Shown piece by piece: positions 1 through 9,084 of a DNA stretch of 64,000 nt. The position numbers and the translations under genes are program-made. The first letter of the stretch is position 1; the number at the start of each line of letters is the position of its first letter. This DNA comes from Thermoanaerobaculaceae bacterium (GTDB lineage Bacteria > Acidobacteriota > Thermoanaerobaculia > Multivoradales > UBA5704): contig CAWAUI010000004.1 of assembly GCA_963785165.1 (NCBI GenBank), forward strand, positions 192,074 through 256,073. Reading direction: 5' to 3'. Below the pieces are notes generated by a model, which was given only the letters and a program-made list of their open reading frames with translations, had not been told where the DNA came from and did no database searches.

Positions 1-254
1 GCAGCTTCATGGACTACCTGGTGCCCACCTCCATGGAGACCCCGAGCTGGGAGACCGACAAGACGGTGACCCCCTCGCCGCACCATCCCATCGGGGCCAA
101 GGGAGTCGGCGAGTCGGCCACGGTAGGCGCCCCGCCCGCCATCGTCAACGCCGTCGTGGACGCCCTGGCCCACCTCGGCGTGCGGCACATCGAGATCCCG
201 ATGACTCCGGAGAGGGTGTGGAACATTCTCAGGGAGAAGGGGGTGGCGGAGTGA
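1..254 (+). CDS. Molybdenum hydroxylase large subunit (CoxL/XdhB-type, molybdopterin-binding), C-terminal fragment; gene starts upstream of the window
   Basis: ORF open to the window edge. The tail ...HHPIGAKGVGESATVGAPPAIVNAVVDALAHLG... is the conserved C-terminus of CO-dehydrogenase/xanthine-dehydrogenase large subunits. Confidence 0.75.
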   Translation, partial: SFMDYLVPTSMETPSWETDKTVTPSPHHPIGAKGVGESATVGAPPAIVNAVVDALAHLGVRHIEIPMTPERVWNILREKGVAE

Positions 255-514
255 TCGATCCGATCGTTGAAGAGGTCCGTAGGGTGCGTGAAGCCTACGC
301 GGCCAGGTTCAACTACGACTTGGAGGCGATTTTTCAGGATCTCAAGCGGCAGGAACGAGAGAGCGGTCGAACCTTTGTCTCGTTCCCGCCGCGGCGGATC
401 AGCAAGCTGGCAGATGCGGTCAACGTCGCGTTGCGGGAGAGCTCCAGCAACTTCTTTACGGCCTGTTCGCCGTCCTCCCGGCGGGCGTGCCGTAGTCCGT
501 TCCCTCCTCGATGA
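251..514 (+). CDS. Small hypothetical protein
   Basis: GTG at 251 overlaps the upstream stop (GTGA). 87-codon ORF (VIDPIVEEVRRVREAYAARFNYDLEAIFQDLKRQ...) with no motif I recognise. Confidence 0.3.
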   Translation: MIDPIVEEVRRVREAYAARFNYDLEAIFQDLKRQERESGRTFVSFPPRRISKLADAVNVALRESSSNFFTACSPSSRRACRSPFPPR

Positions 515-595
515 CCGGCAGAGTGAGAGCGAGCTTGCGCCTCGGCGAAGGTGGTGACGCCGGGAGAGTCCTGGGGTGGGTGGGGTAGAGGGTCC

Positions 596-922
596 TTACT
601 CACAGGCACACGCAATCGCCAGAGCCTGGCAGACCTCCAGCATTTTTGCGCGACTCACAGTCCCGACGAAGGTCCTCAGCGCCTTCTGGTCGACCGTGAA
701 GAGATTGCAGAGATTGACACAAGATGTCTGCTTGAGCCCCTCCGCAACCCCCAGCCCCACTTCGGTGGAAGAGCCGCGGAGCGTTGACGTGATCGCGGCA
801 ACGGTAACGGTATGAAGCAGGGGGATCAACGAGGGGCGACTGAGGACCAGAACGGGGCGCCGCTTGTCTGGACGGGTCAGCTCAAGCAGCCAGATCTCTC
901 CGCGGTTCAATCGCTCGGCCAT
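596..922 (-). CDS. mazF: Type II toxin, PemK/MazF-family endoribonuclease
   Basis: 108 aa. GEIWLLELTRPDKRRPVLVLS ... CVNLCNLFTVD is the PemK/MazF pattern. Overlaps the upstream RHH antitoxin gene by 16 nt. Confidence 0.8.
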   Translation of the reverse strand: MAERLNRGEIWLLELTRPDKRRPVLVLSRPSLIPLLHTVTVAAITSTLRGSSTEVGLGVAEGLKQTSCVNLCNLFTVDQKALRTFVGTVSRAKMLEVCQALAIACACE

Positions 923-1149
923 GATTGGAGACTCATGAGCTCCTCAATCTCTTCGAGCAGACTGTCAGCTTCGCCCCCGTACGCTTGGGCCAGCCGCGCC
1001 TCAATTTCCCGCCGTTCCTTGGCCTTGAGGTAGAGCTGCACGGCGGAACGGATGAAAGCCGATCTCCCCTTCTCGCGCGCTTCGGGGTCCGCGTCGATTT
1101 GACCGAGCAGGTCGGAGTCCATGGAGATCTGAATGGGGTGCGCAGCCAT
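907..1149 (-). CDS. Ribbon-helix-helix (CopG/MazE-like) antitoxin
   Basis: 80 aa. RHH-like segment (RSAFIRSAVQLYLKAKER). Translationally overlapped with the mazF-like gene. Confidence 0.7.
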   Translation of the reverse strand: MAAHPIQISMDSDLLGQIDADPEAREKGRSAFIRSAVQLYLKAKERREIEARLAQAYGGEADSLLEEIEELMSLQSWPSD

Positions 1150-1322
1150 AGTGAGAGATTACAACAAGGTTCTTGTTGGGTCCATGGGGGGCCGCTCCTG
1201 TTCCCCCAGGCAAGCCCCCCCTGTAACCTTTCCCCCATCCTCAACGTAAGAGGTCCGAAGGCAGTTGACGGACTCGACGACATCGACCTCGAATCGGGGT
1301 CGTTCCAGGAAAGAAGGACCTT

Positions 1323-2540
1323 ATGCGTAAGAGGACATGGGTGATTACTGGTTCCGCGGTGGCGCTGCTGGCCGGCAGTCTCGTGGTCGCCCGCGCCACC
1401 ACGAAGTCCGCCCCCGACGATATTGAATCGCCGTTCCGCCTCGGCACGGTTCAGGCCGAGGATCTCCAGGTCAGCGTCCGCGAGGTGGGGGTCGTGGACC
1501 CCGTGATCAAGGCGGACGTCAAGTCTTCCGTGTCGGGCCGGGTGCTGGGCCTGCGGGTGCGCGAGGGGGACGTGGTGCGGACCGGGCAGGTTCTGGCCGA
1601 GGTGGAGCCCGACGTCAACCAGGCGCAGTCGCTCTCCGACGTCAAGTCCGCCGTCACCCAGGCCGACCTCAAGCTGCGGGACGCCGAGCGCGAGCTGACG
1701 GCGCAGACGGCACTGTACGAGAACGGCCTCATTCCCCGGGAGACGATGCGCAACTATCAGACCTCCCGCGACCTGGCCGCCGAGTCTTTGGCTGCCGCCA
1801 AGTCCCGCTATCAGATCGTGGAGCACCATGGCATTCCGATCTCCGGCGCTTCGGTGACCCAGAACGCGCGGGTGACGTCCCCTATGTCCGGCGTCGTCAT
1901 CACCAAGGGCGTGGAGCTGGGCGAGACGGTGACCTCCGGCGTCTCCTCGTTCAACGAGGGGACGGTGATGTTCACCGTGGCCGATTTGAAGTCGCTCATC
2001 ATCCGCGTCAACCTGAACGAGGTGGACATCGCCAAGGTGCGCGTGGGCCAGCCGGTGCGTGTCACGCTCGACGCCTATCCCCAGAAGGTCTTCGAGGGCA
2101 AGGTGCATTTCGTGGCCCCGGCCGCCAAGGTGGTGGAGAAGATCAAGGTGTTCGAGATCGAAGTGGCGCTCGACAAGCTCGACGAGTCGTTCCGCACGGG
2201 CATGAGCGCCAACGTCGAGATCCTCGGCGAACGGCGGGCGAGCGCGCTGTCGATCCCCCTCGAAGCCCTTCAGCGGCGTGAGGGCAAGACCGTGGTCTAC
2301 CGTCTGAAGCGCAACCTGCCCACCGAGGAGATCGACGAGGCGCGCGAGGCTCTGGAAGGCCGCAGCAAGTTCGTCTGGCTCTCCGAGAATTGGAAAGATT
2401 ATTTCGAGCCGGTCCCCGTGAACGCCGGGGTCGCCACCCTGGAGCGGGTCGAGATCATGACCGGCCTGCGTCCGGGCGATGAGGTGGCGCTCGAAGACGT
2501 GACGCGCAAGAAGGTCGAGAAGGACGACGAGAACAACTAG
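1323..2540 (+). CDS. Efflux periplasmic adaptor subunit (HlyD/MacA family)
   Basis: 405 aa. N-terminal membrane anchor, lipoyl-like hairpin (VSGRVLGLRVREGDVVRTGQVLAEVEP) and a coiled-coil segment. First gene of an adaptor-ATPase-permease-permease operon. Confidence 0.85.
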   Translation: MRKRTWVITGSAVALLAGSLVVARATTKSAPDDIESPFRLGTVQAEDLQVSVREVGVVDPVIKADVKSSVSGRVLGLRVREGDVVRTGQVLAEVEPDVNQAQSLSDVKSAVTQADLKLRDAERELTAQTALYENGLIPRETMRNYQTSRDLAAESLAAAKSRYQIVEHHGIPISGASVTQNARVTSPMSGVVITKGVELGETVTSGVSSFNEGTVMFTVADLKSLIIRVNLNEVDIAKVRVGQPVRVTLDAYPQKVFEGKVHFVAPAAKVVEKIKVFEIEVALDKLDESFRTGMSANVEILGERRASALSIPLEALQRREGKTVVYRLKRNLPTEEIDEAREALEGRSKFVWLSENWKDYFEPVPVNAGVATLERVEIMTGLRPGDEVALEDVTRKKVEKDDENN

Positions 2541-2573
2541 CGAGCCCGCTGGAAAAGAAGCGGAGAACCAGCC

Positions 2574-3260
2574 ATGCGAATCATCGAAACCAGGGGCCTC
2601 GACAAGGTCTACGGCACGGGGGGCAACGCGGTCCATGCCCTGCGCGGCGTCGATCTGAGCGTCGAGCGCGGCGAGCTCGTGGCCTTGATCGGCCCTTCGG
2701 GCTCCGGCAAGAGCACGCTGATGTCCATCCTCGGCTGCCTCGACGTGCCGACCGGCGGCACCTACGCGCTCGACGGCCTCCAGGTCGAAAAGCTTTCGGG
2801 CGCCGACCTGGCGGCCATCCGCAACGAAAAGATCGGGTTCGTCTTCCAGCAGTACAACCTGCTGCCCAAGGCGACCATTCTGAGAAACGTCGAGCTGCCC
2901 ATGCTCTACGCCGGCGTGTCCCGCAAGGAGCGCCGGCAGCGGGCCCTCGAATTGCTCGAGCGGGTGGGCATTCCCGACAAGGCCAACACCCTGCCCGGCG
3001 CGCTCTCCGGCGGCCAGCGCCAGCGGGTGGCCATCGCCCGTGCCCTCGCCAACCGGCCGGCCCTGCTGCTCGCCGACGAGCCCACGGGCGCCCTCGACTC
3101 GAAGACCGGCCAGGAGGTGCTCGGCCTGTTCCGCGAGCTGCACGCCCAGGGGAACACCGTGCTGCTGGTGACCCATGACCCGGCCGTCGCCGCCCTGGCG
3201 GAGCGCCGCGTGGAGATGCGCGACGGCCTCCTCTACCTGGAAGAGGAGATGGCGGCATGA
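2574..3260 (+). CDS. ABC transporter ATP-binding protein (MacB/LolD-type)
   Basis: Walker [10 protein letters not shown], signature [15 protein letters not shown], Walker [14 protein letters not shown]-loop VTHD. Confidence 0.92.
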   Translation: MRIIETRGLDKVYGTGGNAVHALRGVDLSVERGELVALIGPSGSGKSTLMSILGCLDVPTGGTYALDGLQVEKLSGADLAAIRNEKIGFVFQQYNLLPKATILRNVELPMLYAGVSRKERRQRALELLERVGIPDKANTLPGALSGGQRQRVAIARALANRPALLLADEPTGALDSKTGQEVLGLFRELHAQGNTVLLVTHDPAVAALAERRVEMRDGLLYLEEEMAA

Positions 3261-4511
3261 GCTCCAGCGGCGCCTTCCGCGAGCGGCTGCTCGAAGCCTG
3301 GATCGAGCTGCGGAGCAACCCCGGCCGCTCCGTCCTCCAGGCCCTGGGAGTCATGCTGGGCGTCGCGTCCGTGCTCGGCGGCTTCTCGATTTCCGACAGC
3401 CAGCGGCGCCAGTCCGACCGCCTGTTCGACCGCATCGGCGGCATCGACAAGGTCAACATCCTGCCCAGCGACACCGCCTGGCAGGGCACGCCGAGCGCCC
3501 TGCGGAACGCCAATCTCGGGCTTCGGCTGGACGACGCCGTCGGAGGTGGCAGCATGGCCTCCGCCAAGGGTGTCAACGCCACCAGCGTGCTGCGGGAGGC
3601 CCGGGTGCGGGTCCGTTCGGAGTTCGCCGATCAGGAGCGCGAGGTCTCCGGCATCGGTGCCGACTATTCGGCCATGAACGGCTACGAGATCGAGCAGGGG
3701 CGTGGCTTCTCGGCTCACGACTTCTCGGCCGGCGCTCCGGTCGCCGTGCTGGGCTCCCAGGCGGCGAGCGTCTTCTTCCCCACGGGCGACATCGTGGGCA
3801 AGCCCATCCGCATCGGCGACGTGCCGGTGACCGTGATCGGTGTCTACAGCGAGAAAACCTTTCGGTTCCGCGAGGGGCAGCAGAACATGTTCGCCTGGCG
3901 CAACCGCATCGTGGCCGTGCCTTCCCTCCTGGTGGCCGCGCGCATGGAGGGCGACGACTACCACCGCCTGGACCGCGTCACCTTCCGCATTCCGGATCTC
4001 GAATCCATGGCGGACTTCACCAAGGAGCTCTCTTCGCTGGTGGCCACCAACCACCGGCTTCAGGAAGACTTCCGCATCGACGACGTCTACAAGCGCATGG
4101 AGCGGCGGCGGAGCCAGGGGGACGTCTACAACATCGTCTTCATGCTTTCCGGCATCCTTGCCCTCATCGGCGGCGGCATGGTCAACGTCAACATCCAGCT
4201 CGCCTCGCTCAAGGAGCGGGTGCGCGAGGTGGGCGTCAAAATGGCCATCGGCGCCTCCGGCCGCGAGATCTTCAAATCGTTCATGACCGAGGCGCTGCTG
4301 CTCACCTTGCTGGGCGCCGCCGCGGGTTATGTGATCGGTATCGCCTTCGCCTGGGTGATCACCAAGTCGATCGGCGTGCCCATGGCGATCGCACCCCTGA
4401 GCTTTATCTGGGCCACGGGCTCTGGCCGTCGTCTTCGGCTTCCTGTTCGCCCTCTACCCGGCCGCCAAGGCCAGCCGGCAGTCGCCGATGGAGGCGCTGC
4501 GCTATGAATGA
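3257..4511 (+). CDS. ABC transporter permease (MacB/FtsX family), apparent frameshift near 4410-4420
   Basis: Start overlaps the ATPase stop. MacB periplasmic-core and FtsX regions present. The conserved C-terminus LAVVFGFLFALYPAAKASRQSPMEALRYE* lies in a different frame and ends at 4511. Confidence 0.8.
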
Positions 4512-5836
4512 CACCGCGATTGACACCGCGATCTTGACCCCGTCTCCCATGGCGTCGACCCCTGCGGTGACCACGGCGGGAATCCCGCGCCGCCGCCGCA
4601 GCCTGGGCAATCGCCTCTCCCTGGTCTGGGAGGTCGTCACCGGCGGTCTGATCGAATTGTGGGCGCACAAGCTGCGCTCGCTGCTCACCCTGACACTCCT
4701 CATGCTCGGCGTCTTCGCCCTGGTGGTGATGACCTCCGTGCTCGACGGCGTCAAGGACAAGGTTTCCACCGGTTTCGCCGGCATGAGCTGGGACGGCACG
4801 CTCGTCCTCGTCCCCCGCCCGCCCAAGACCTCCGAGCAGCAGAAGCGCTTCGCCATGAGCACCGGCCTGCGCTACGAAGACCTTGTGCGCATCGCGGCTC
4901 CGCACCCTCAGGTGCTTGGGATTCTCCCCCCGCGCGACCCGGCGGAGCGTGGTCCAGGTCTCCGGCGGCGCCGAGCAGATCTACGTCACCGGCGTCACCT
5001 CCGAGTACTCGTACCTCATGGACCGCCCCGTGGGCCTCGGCCGCGGCATCACCGAGGACGACCAGCGCCGCCACTCGGCGGTGGCCGTGGTGGGCGCCAC
5101 CCTCGCCTCCAAGCTCTTCGGCGGCAGCGACCCCGTGGGGCGCGACTTGGTGATCGAGGGCGTGCCGTACCGCATCGTGGGAGTGCTGGCCGGCGGGCAG
5201 ATCTTCAACGAAGAGCTGTGGCAGGACTCCAATGGCGTGCTCCTGCCGCTCGAAACCTACATGGACCGGCTGGACGCGGACCATCAGCTCACCCTGGTCA
5301 CCGTGAAGCTCAAGTCCACCCGCGATCTGGACGAGGTCTCCGCCGCCATGCTCGCCCGCGCCCGGCAGGCCCATCACGGCATCGAGGACGTGGAGGTGAA
5401 GGATCTGGACGCCGAGCTTGCGCGTGCCTACCAGGACTTCGACAGCCAGATGCACGGCTGGAGCGTGGTGCTTCTCAGCCTCGCCGGCACGGTGCTCCTG
5501 GTGGGCGGCGTGGGCGTGTTGTCCGTGATGCTGATCTCCTTCTCCGACCGGCGCTACGAGATCGGCCTGCGCAAGGCGATCGGCGCCAACGACGGCCAGA
5601 TCCTCACCCAGTTCCTGCTCGAAGCCGTGGTCCTGGCCGCCATCGGAGCCTCGATCGGCACCCTGGCCGGCAGCGCCCTCTGCCGCGCCCTTTCCGACAA
5701 GTTCCCCTGGGGCCTGGTGGTCAACCCCTACGGCCTCGCCGCCGCCTGGATGATCGCTCTCCTCCTCGCCGTCACCTTCGGCCTTTACCCGGCGATCCGG
5801 GCGGCCCGGCTGTCGCCGATGGAGGCGATGCGGTAG
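4504..5836 (+). CDS. Second ABC transporter permease (MacB/FtsX family), apparent frameshift at the C6 run near 4925-4930
   Basis: ATG 4504 overlaps the upstream stop. The N-terminal part (…LIELWAHKLRSLLTLTLLMLGVFALVV…) continues in ORF 4883..5836, which ends FGLYPAIRAARLSPMEAMR*. Confidence 0.8.
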
Positions 5837-5888
5837 GGGAGAGCGCTGCGTGGTATCATGGCGAACCTTTAAATAAGGAGGTTCGCCC

Positions 5889-6110
5889 ATGAAGACCGTC
5901 GCAAAGCTCTGCCTGGTGATCTCGATCGTCAGCAGCACCCTGTTCCTGGTTCCTCAGGGAGAGGCCGTGGTCAACTGTTGTGCGTCCTGTGGGTTCCAAA
6001 CGCAGGGATGCATCAAGCGATGTGGTCTGAATCTAGGCTGCCGGGCGAATTGCGAGGCCCAATACGACTCGTGCGCCGCGGCCTGCGCGCTGCAGGGACA
6101 GTACTGTTGA
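5889..6110 (+). CDS. Secreted cysteine-rich mini-protein (4 x CX3C)
   Basis: Strong SD (AAGGAGG) 6 nt upstream. Sec-type signal peptide MKTVAKLCLVISIVSSTLFLVPQGEA. The 47-aa mature part has 10 Cys arranged as CCASC / CIKRC / CRANC / CAAAC plus a C-terminal C. Locally lower GC. Confidence 0.6.
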   Translation: MKTVAKLCLVISIVSSTLFLVPQGEAVVNCCASCGFQTQGCIKRCGLNLGCRANCEAQYDSCAAACALQGQYC

Positions 6111-6175
6111 GCGCACGCCGCAGGAGGCGATCCTGGTGGGATCACGGCCTGTAGCACGTCTGCTACGCTGATGGT

Positions 6176-6433
6176 ATGAAGACGATCGCCCAGCGCGAGC
6201 TCAGGAACCATAGCGGCGAGATCCTGCGGCAGGTCGAGTCCGGAGAGCAGTTCACGATCACCGTCGAGGGCCGTCCGGTGGCCGTGCTCGGTCCCTATCA
6301 GAAGCGCCAGTGGGTTCCGAGGGAAGAGCTTCTGAAGATCCTCAGGGTGCAACCTCCGGATCCCTCCCTCCTCGAAGACATTAAGGGGATGGGCGGGACC
6401 GTGGGTGAGCTGGATGACCCATGGGAGAGGTGA
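6176..6433 (+). CDS. Type II antitoxin, Phd/YefM family
   Basis: 85 aa. MKTIAQRELRNHSGEILRQVESGEQFTITVEGRPVAVLGP is the Phd/YefM N-terminal pattern. Confidence 0.8.
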   Translation: MKTIAQRELRNHSGEILRQVESGEQFTITVEGRPVAVLGPYQKRQWVPREELLKILRVQPPDPSLLEDIKGMGGTVGELDDPWER

Positions 6434-6513
6434 GCCGAGGTCTGCTCGATACCTCGGTGCTCATCGCTCGGCAGGACGCCGCTGATGTCGCGCCGTCGCT
6501 TCCTCAGGTTTGA
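6430..6513 (+). pseudogene. Truncated VapC (PIN-domain) toxin stub
   Basis: GTG overlaps the antitoxin stop (GTGA). It encodes only VSRGLLDTSVLIARQDAADVAPSLPQV*, i.e. the first PIN acidic motif (LLDTSVLI), and then stops. Confidence 0.55.
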
Positions 6514-6589
6514 CCCCAAGAACCGGATAGAGCCTCCTCTCCATACCGCCTAATCTCCTTCTGAACGCAGGCTCCAGGAGGAGAGACTC

Positions 6590-7501
6590 ATGACCACCAA
6601 CATCGCACACCCGCCGGGACGGCTCGTCGACGTCGGCGACACCCAGCTCTGGATCGAGACCGAGGGGACGGGAGAGCCCCTCCTGCTGCTCGCGGGAGGA
6701 CCGGCCAGCTCGCATCTCGTCTTCCATCCCTACTTCTCAGAGTTGAACGACCATCAGGTGATCTACGTCGATTACCGAGGGCGCGGACGGTCGGCGCCCG
6801 TCGCGGACCCTTCGGACGTGACGTTCATCGGAGACGTGGCGGACATCGCCGCCCTCATCCGTGCGCTCGGGTTCGGGGCCGTCAACGTCTACGGCTTCTC
6901 CTACGGCGGCATGGTGGCCATGGCGCTCGCGCTCGATCATCCGGAGCTGGTCAAGCGCCTGATCCTCGCCAACACCCTGCACAGCCCGGAGATGTGGCAG
7001 AAGAACCACGAGAACATCAATCGCGAGATCGAGATGCAATATCCCGAGGTCTGGGAGAGGATCCTGGCCCTCCGCGCCGAGGGCGTGCGCTCGACCGATC
7101 CGCGCGTCCAGGACCTCTACCGCGTCCACTCGAAGCTCATCCGCTTCTACAATCCGGACAACGCCGCCAGGCTCCTGTCCGAGCCGGGGTCGAAGAACGG
7201 GGAGCTCTGTCCCGTGTTCGTGGGCGACGACGTCGAGTTCTTCATCGGCGGCGAGGTCGCGAAGCTGCCTGATTTCAGGCCCCGCCTCAAGGAGCTGAGG
7301 ATGCCGGTCCTGATCCTCGCCGGCCGCTACGACCGCGCGCTCTGCCCGAAGTATCAATGGGATTTCAAACGCTTCGCTCCCCAGGCGGAATTCGTCTGGA
7401 TGGAGCGAAGCGGCACCTTCTCCCACATCGAGGAGCCGGACGAAGTCTTCGCGCTCGTGCGGCGGTTCCTGGCCGGTGCTACGGGTTGGGATCGCAGTTG
7501 A
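6590..7501 (+). CDS. Alpha/beta hydrolase (proline-iminopeptidase-like)
   Basis: 303 aa. Nucleophile elbow GFSYGG. SD AGGAGGAG upstream. Confidence 0.8.
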   Translation: MTTNIAHPPGRLVDVGDTQLWIETEGTGEPLLLLAGGPASSHLVFHPYFSELNDHQVIYVDYRGRGRSAPVADPSDVTFIGDVADIAALIRALGFGAVNVYGFSYGGMVAMALALDHPELVKRLILANTLHSPEMWQKNHENINREIEMQYPEVWERILALRAEGVRSTDPRVQDLYRVHSKLIRFYNPDNAARLLSEPGSKNGELCPVFVGDDVEFFIGGEVAKLPDFRPRLKELRMPVLILAGRYDRALCPKYQWDFKRFAPQAEFVWMERSGTFSHIEEPDEVFALVRRFLAGATGWDRS

Positions 7502-7793
7502 GCAGGCACTGGTACCGCATGTAACCGTCGATCTTCCACTTGCCGTCCGGCGCCATGTAGCAGCTCGTCGTATAGACCACCTCCGAGAAGCAGGTCTCGC
7601 AAGGGACGACCGCGACCAGCTTGAGGTAGAGCTTGTTCTTGGCGTCCGTGCAGGTCACGCCCTTGGCCCAGTCCGCGGCGGTCTGATGGACCGTGGGGAC
7701 GCAGTAGCAAGCCACCGCGGTTTTGGGGGTCGCCAGGACCAGGGACATGGACAGGGCTGCCAGGGCGAGGGCGAGCACAGCGATTCTCTTCAT
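7479..7793 (-). CDS. Secreted cysteine-rich hypothetical protein
   Basis: ATG at 7793 preceded by AAGGAGG. Signal peptide MKRIAVLALALAALSMSLVLA. 8 Cys in the mature ~80 aa. The 3' end overlaps the convergent hydrolase gene by 23 nt. Confidence 0.6.
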   Translation of the reverse strand: MKRIAVLALALAALSMSLVLATPKTAVACYCVPTVHQTAADWAKGVTCTDAKNKLYLKLVAVVPCETCFSEVVYTTSCYMAPDGKWKIDGYMRYQCLLNCDPNP

Positions 7794-7857
7794 GGGGGCC
7801 TCCTTTGAGCCGACGACACCGCCGATCCGGTGTAGCGTCGCTTTCCTAACCCTCAAG

Positions 7858-8007
7858 GTGCGGAGAGGGGGTTCCGGAGAGCCGGCTGCTCCCTGCTGGT
7901 ACGTCTGCTCCTACGGTGCTACCGAGTACTGTTACTATGGGGATTATTGCGTCCCCCACTGCTGCCGCTACGACGACTGGGAGTGCCTCAACCCCTGCGC
8001 GCCGTAG
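7858..8007 (+). CDS. Candidate 49-aa Cys/Tyr/Trp-rich peptide (no signal peptide; may be a gene remnant)
   Basis: GTG 7858. VRRGGSGEPAAPCWYVCSYGATEYCYYGDYCVPHCCRYDDWECLNPCAP*. Strong G/C preference at third codon positions through the Cys-rich part supports coding. Only a weak SD. Confidence 0.35.
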   Translation: MRRGGSGEPAAPCWYVCSYGATEYCYYGDYCVPHCCRYDDWECLNPCAP

Positions 8008-8235
8008 AGGGACGGTGGCCGCACCGTCCACCGCTTCCGCGGCAGCACCCTCGGCGAGACCTTGCAGGAGCTGAGAGTCCGCCACCTCTGCGCAGGCTTG
8101 GCCGAGCCTGGGAGGTCCCTTACCGACCTCGCTCTGGACGCCGGCTTCGCCGACCAGAGCCACTGCACCCGGGTCTTCAAGCAGCGCACCGGCATGACCC
8201 CCGGGGCCTTCCGAGCGGCCCTGGGGGCGTCGTAA
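8008..8235 (+). pseudogene. AraC-family regulator remnant (C-terminal HTH only)
   Basis: No start codon. The frame reads ...LGETLQELRVRHLCAGLAEPGRSLTDLALDAGFADQSHCTRVFKQRTGMTPGAFRAALGAS*, which is the second AraC HTH with its GF.DQS..(S/T)R.FK...G..P..(F/Y)R signature. The N-terminal two-thirds of the gene is absent. Confidence 0.65.
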
Positions 8236-8254
8236 ACCCTGAGATCGGCTGTCG

Positions 8255-8490
8255 AAGCATTCATTTCGGGTCCTGAGGCGTTCATTTCGGATCTGGAATC
8301 CACTGGATTCCAGAGTCGAAGCCACTGATTTCAGTCTGGAATTCACTGGATTTTACTTCGGAATCCAGTGGATTCTGACTTCAAGCACAATGCTTCTGCG
8401 GAAGAACGAGTAGATTCGAAATTGGAAATGAACCATTCCGGCCAGAATCCACTGGATTCCAGATTCTAATTCATTGAATCCAAGGATTGA
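8255..8490. repeat. Array of palindromic GGAATCCA(C/G)TGGATTCC motifs in a low-GC non-coding stretch
   Basis: CTGGAATCCACTGGATTCCAG at 8293-8313 (10-nt arms, 1-nt centre). Related copies lie near 8337-8353, 8360-8375 and 8444-8462, with a degenerate half-site pair near 8476-8489. There is also a direct repeat TTCATTTCGG x2 (8260-8290). Confidence 0.8.
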
Positions 8491-8852
8491 GAAGAGCTCT
8501 GCGAAAGTGGAATAGAGAGATTTGGGGTCTGGACAGAATGCCTGGCTCTGCCATATTCTAATTCGGCGGGACCAAATAAGAGAAGACGCCAAGGAAATGA
8601 CTGGAAGGATCTCGCCCGTCCGGTGCTGGATTGCCGGAGCTGGGCTCATTGACAATTGATACGAGTACCCGGGAGGCCGCTTGGGGCGGCAGCCTCCCGG
8701 CCCCACCTATTCTGGCCGAGGGGGCCGAGGGGGTGGCCCTCGGCCTGTCGATCCTTGGCGCGTCAGGGTGGCAGGACCGTCCCAGGATCGTGGTGACAAC
8801 AGGCACACAGAAGCGTAGCATCCTGCCAACTGCCTGAAGAAAGGTGAGCCCA

Positions 8853-9023
8853 ATGCCGAAGATCGATGCCTACGAAGAAGAAATTCTAAGTGCCTACGCG
8901 GAGGGGAAGCTCAAATCGGTTGTCACTAAGGAGGAACTTGCCAAGTTCAAGGAGACTGCTCATGCAACGCTGTCAGGTACCGAAGACGACCGTCCCTCTG
9001 TCATTCCCAGGTCGAATAGTTAA
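8853..9023 (+). CDS. Possible truncated CopG/BrnA-like antitoxin (N-terminal part only)
   Basis: 56 aa, MPKIDAYEEEILSAYAEGKLKSVVTKEELAKFKETAHATL.... It resembles the N-terminal half of a small antitoxin family (DxYExEIL..(Y/F)E.G.LKSV) but lacks the C-terminal RHH part. No partner toxin gene seen. Confidence 0.3.
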   Translation: MPKIDAYEEEILSAYAEGKLKSVVTKEELAKFKETAHATLSGTEDDRPSVIPRSNS

Positions 9024-9084
9024 TCCACATTTATGTGCCTTGGTACGCACCCTCTGCTTGCGTGAGTCATAGGAGACAGAACAC

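Noticed and set aside
933-3176. 747-aa ORF on the minus strand
   Set aside because: It is antisense to the well-supported macA-like and ABC ATPase genes. Arg/Gly/Ala/Pro-rich shadow ORFs of this kind are typical of GC-rich DNA. It has no motif.
3175-5892. 905-aa plus-strand ORF spanning both permease genes
   Set aside because: Only the 4504-~4925 portion is real, being the N-terminus of the second permease. The rest is an out-of-frame read-through of permease 1 and 2 with low-complexity R/G/P composition.
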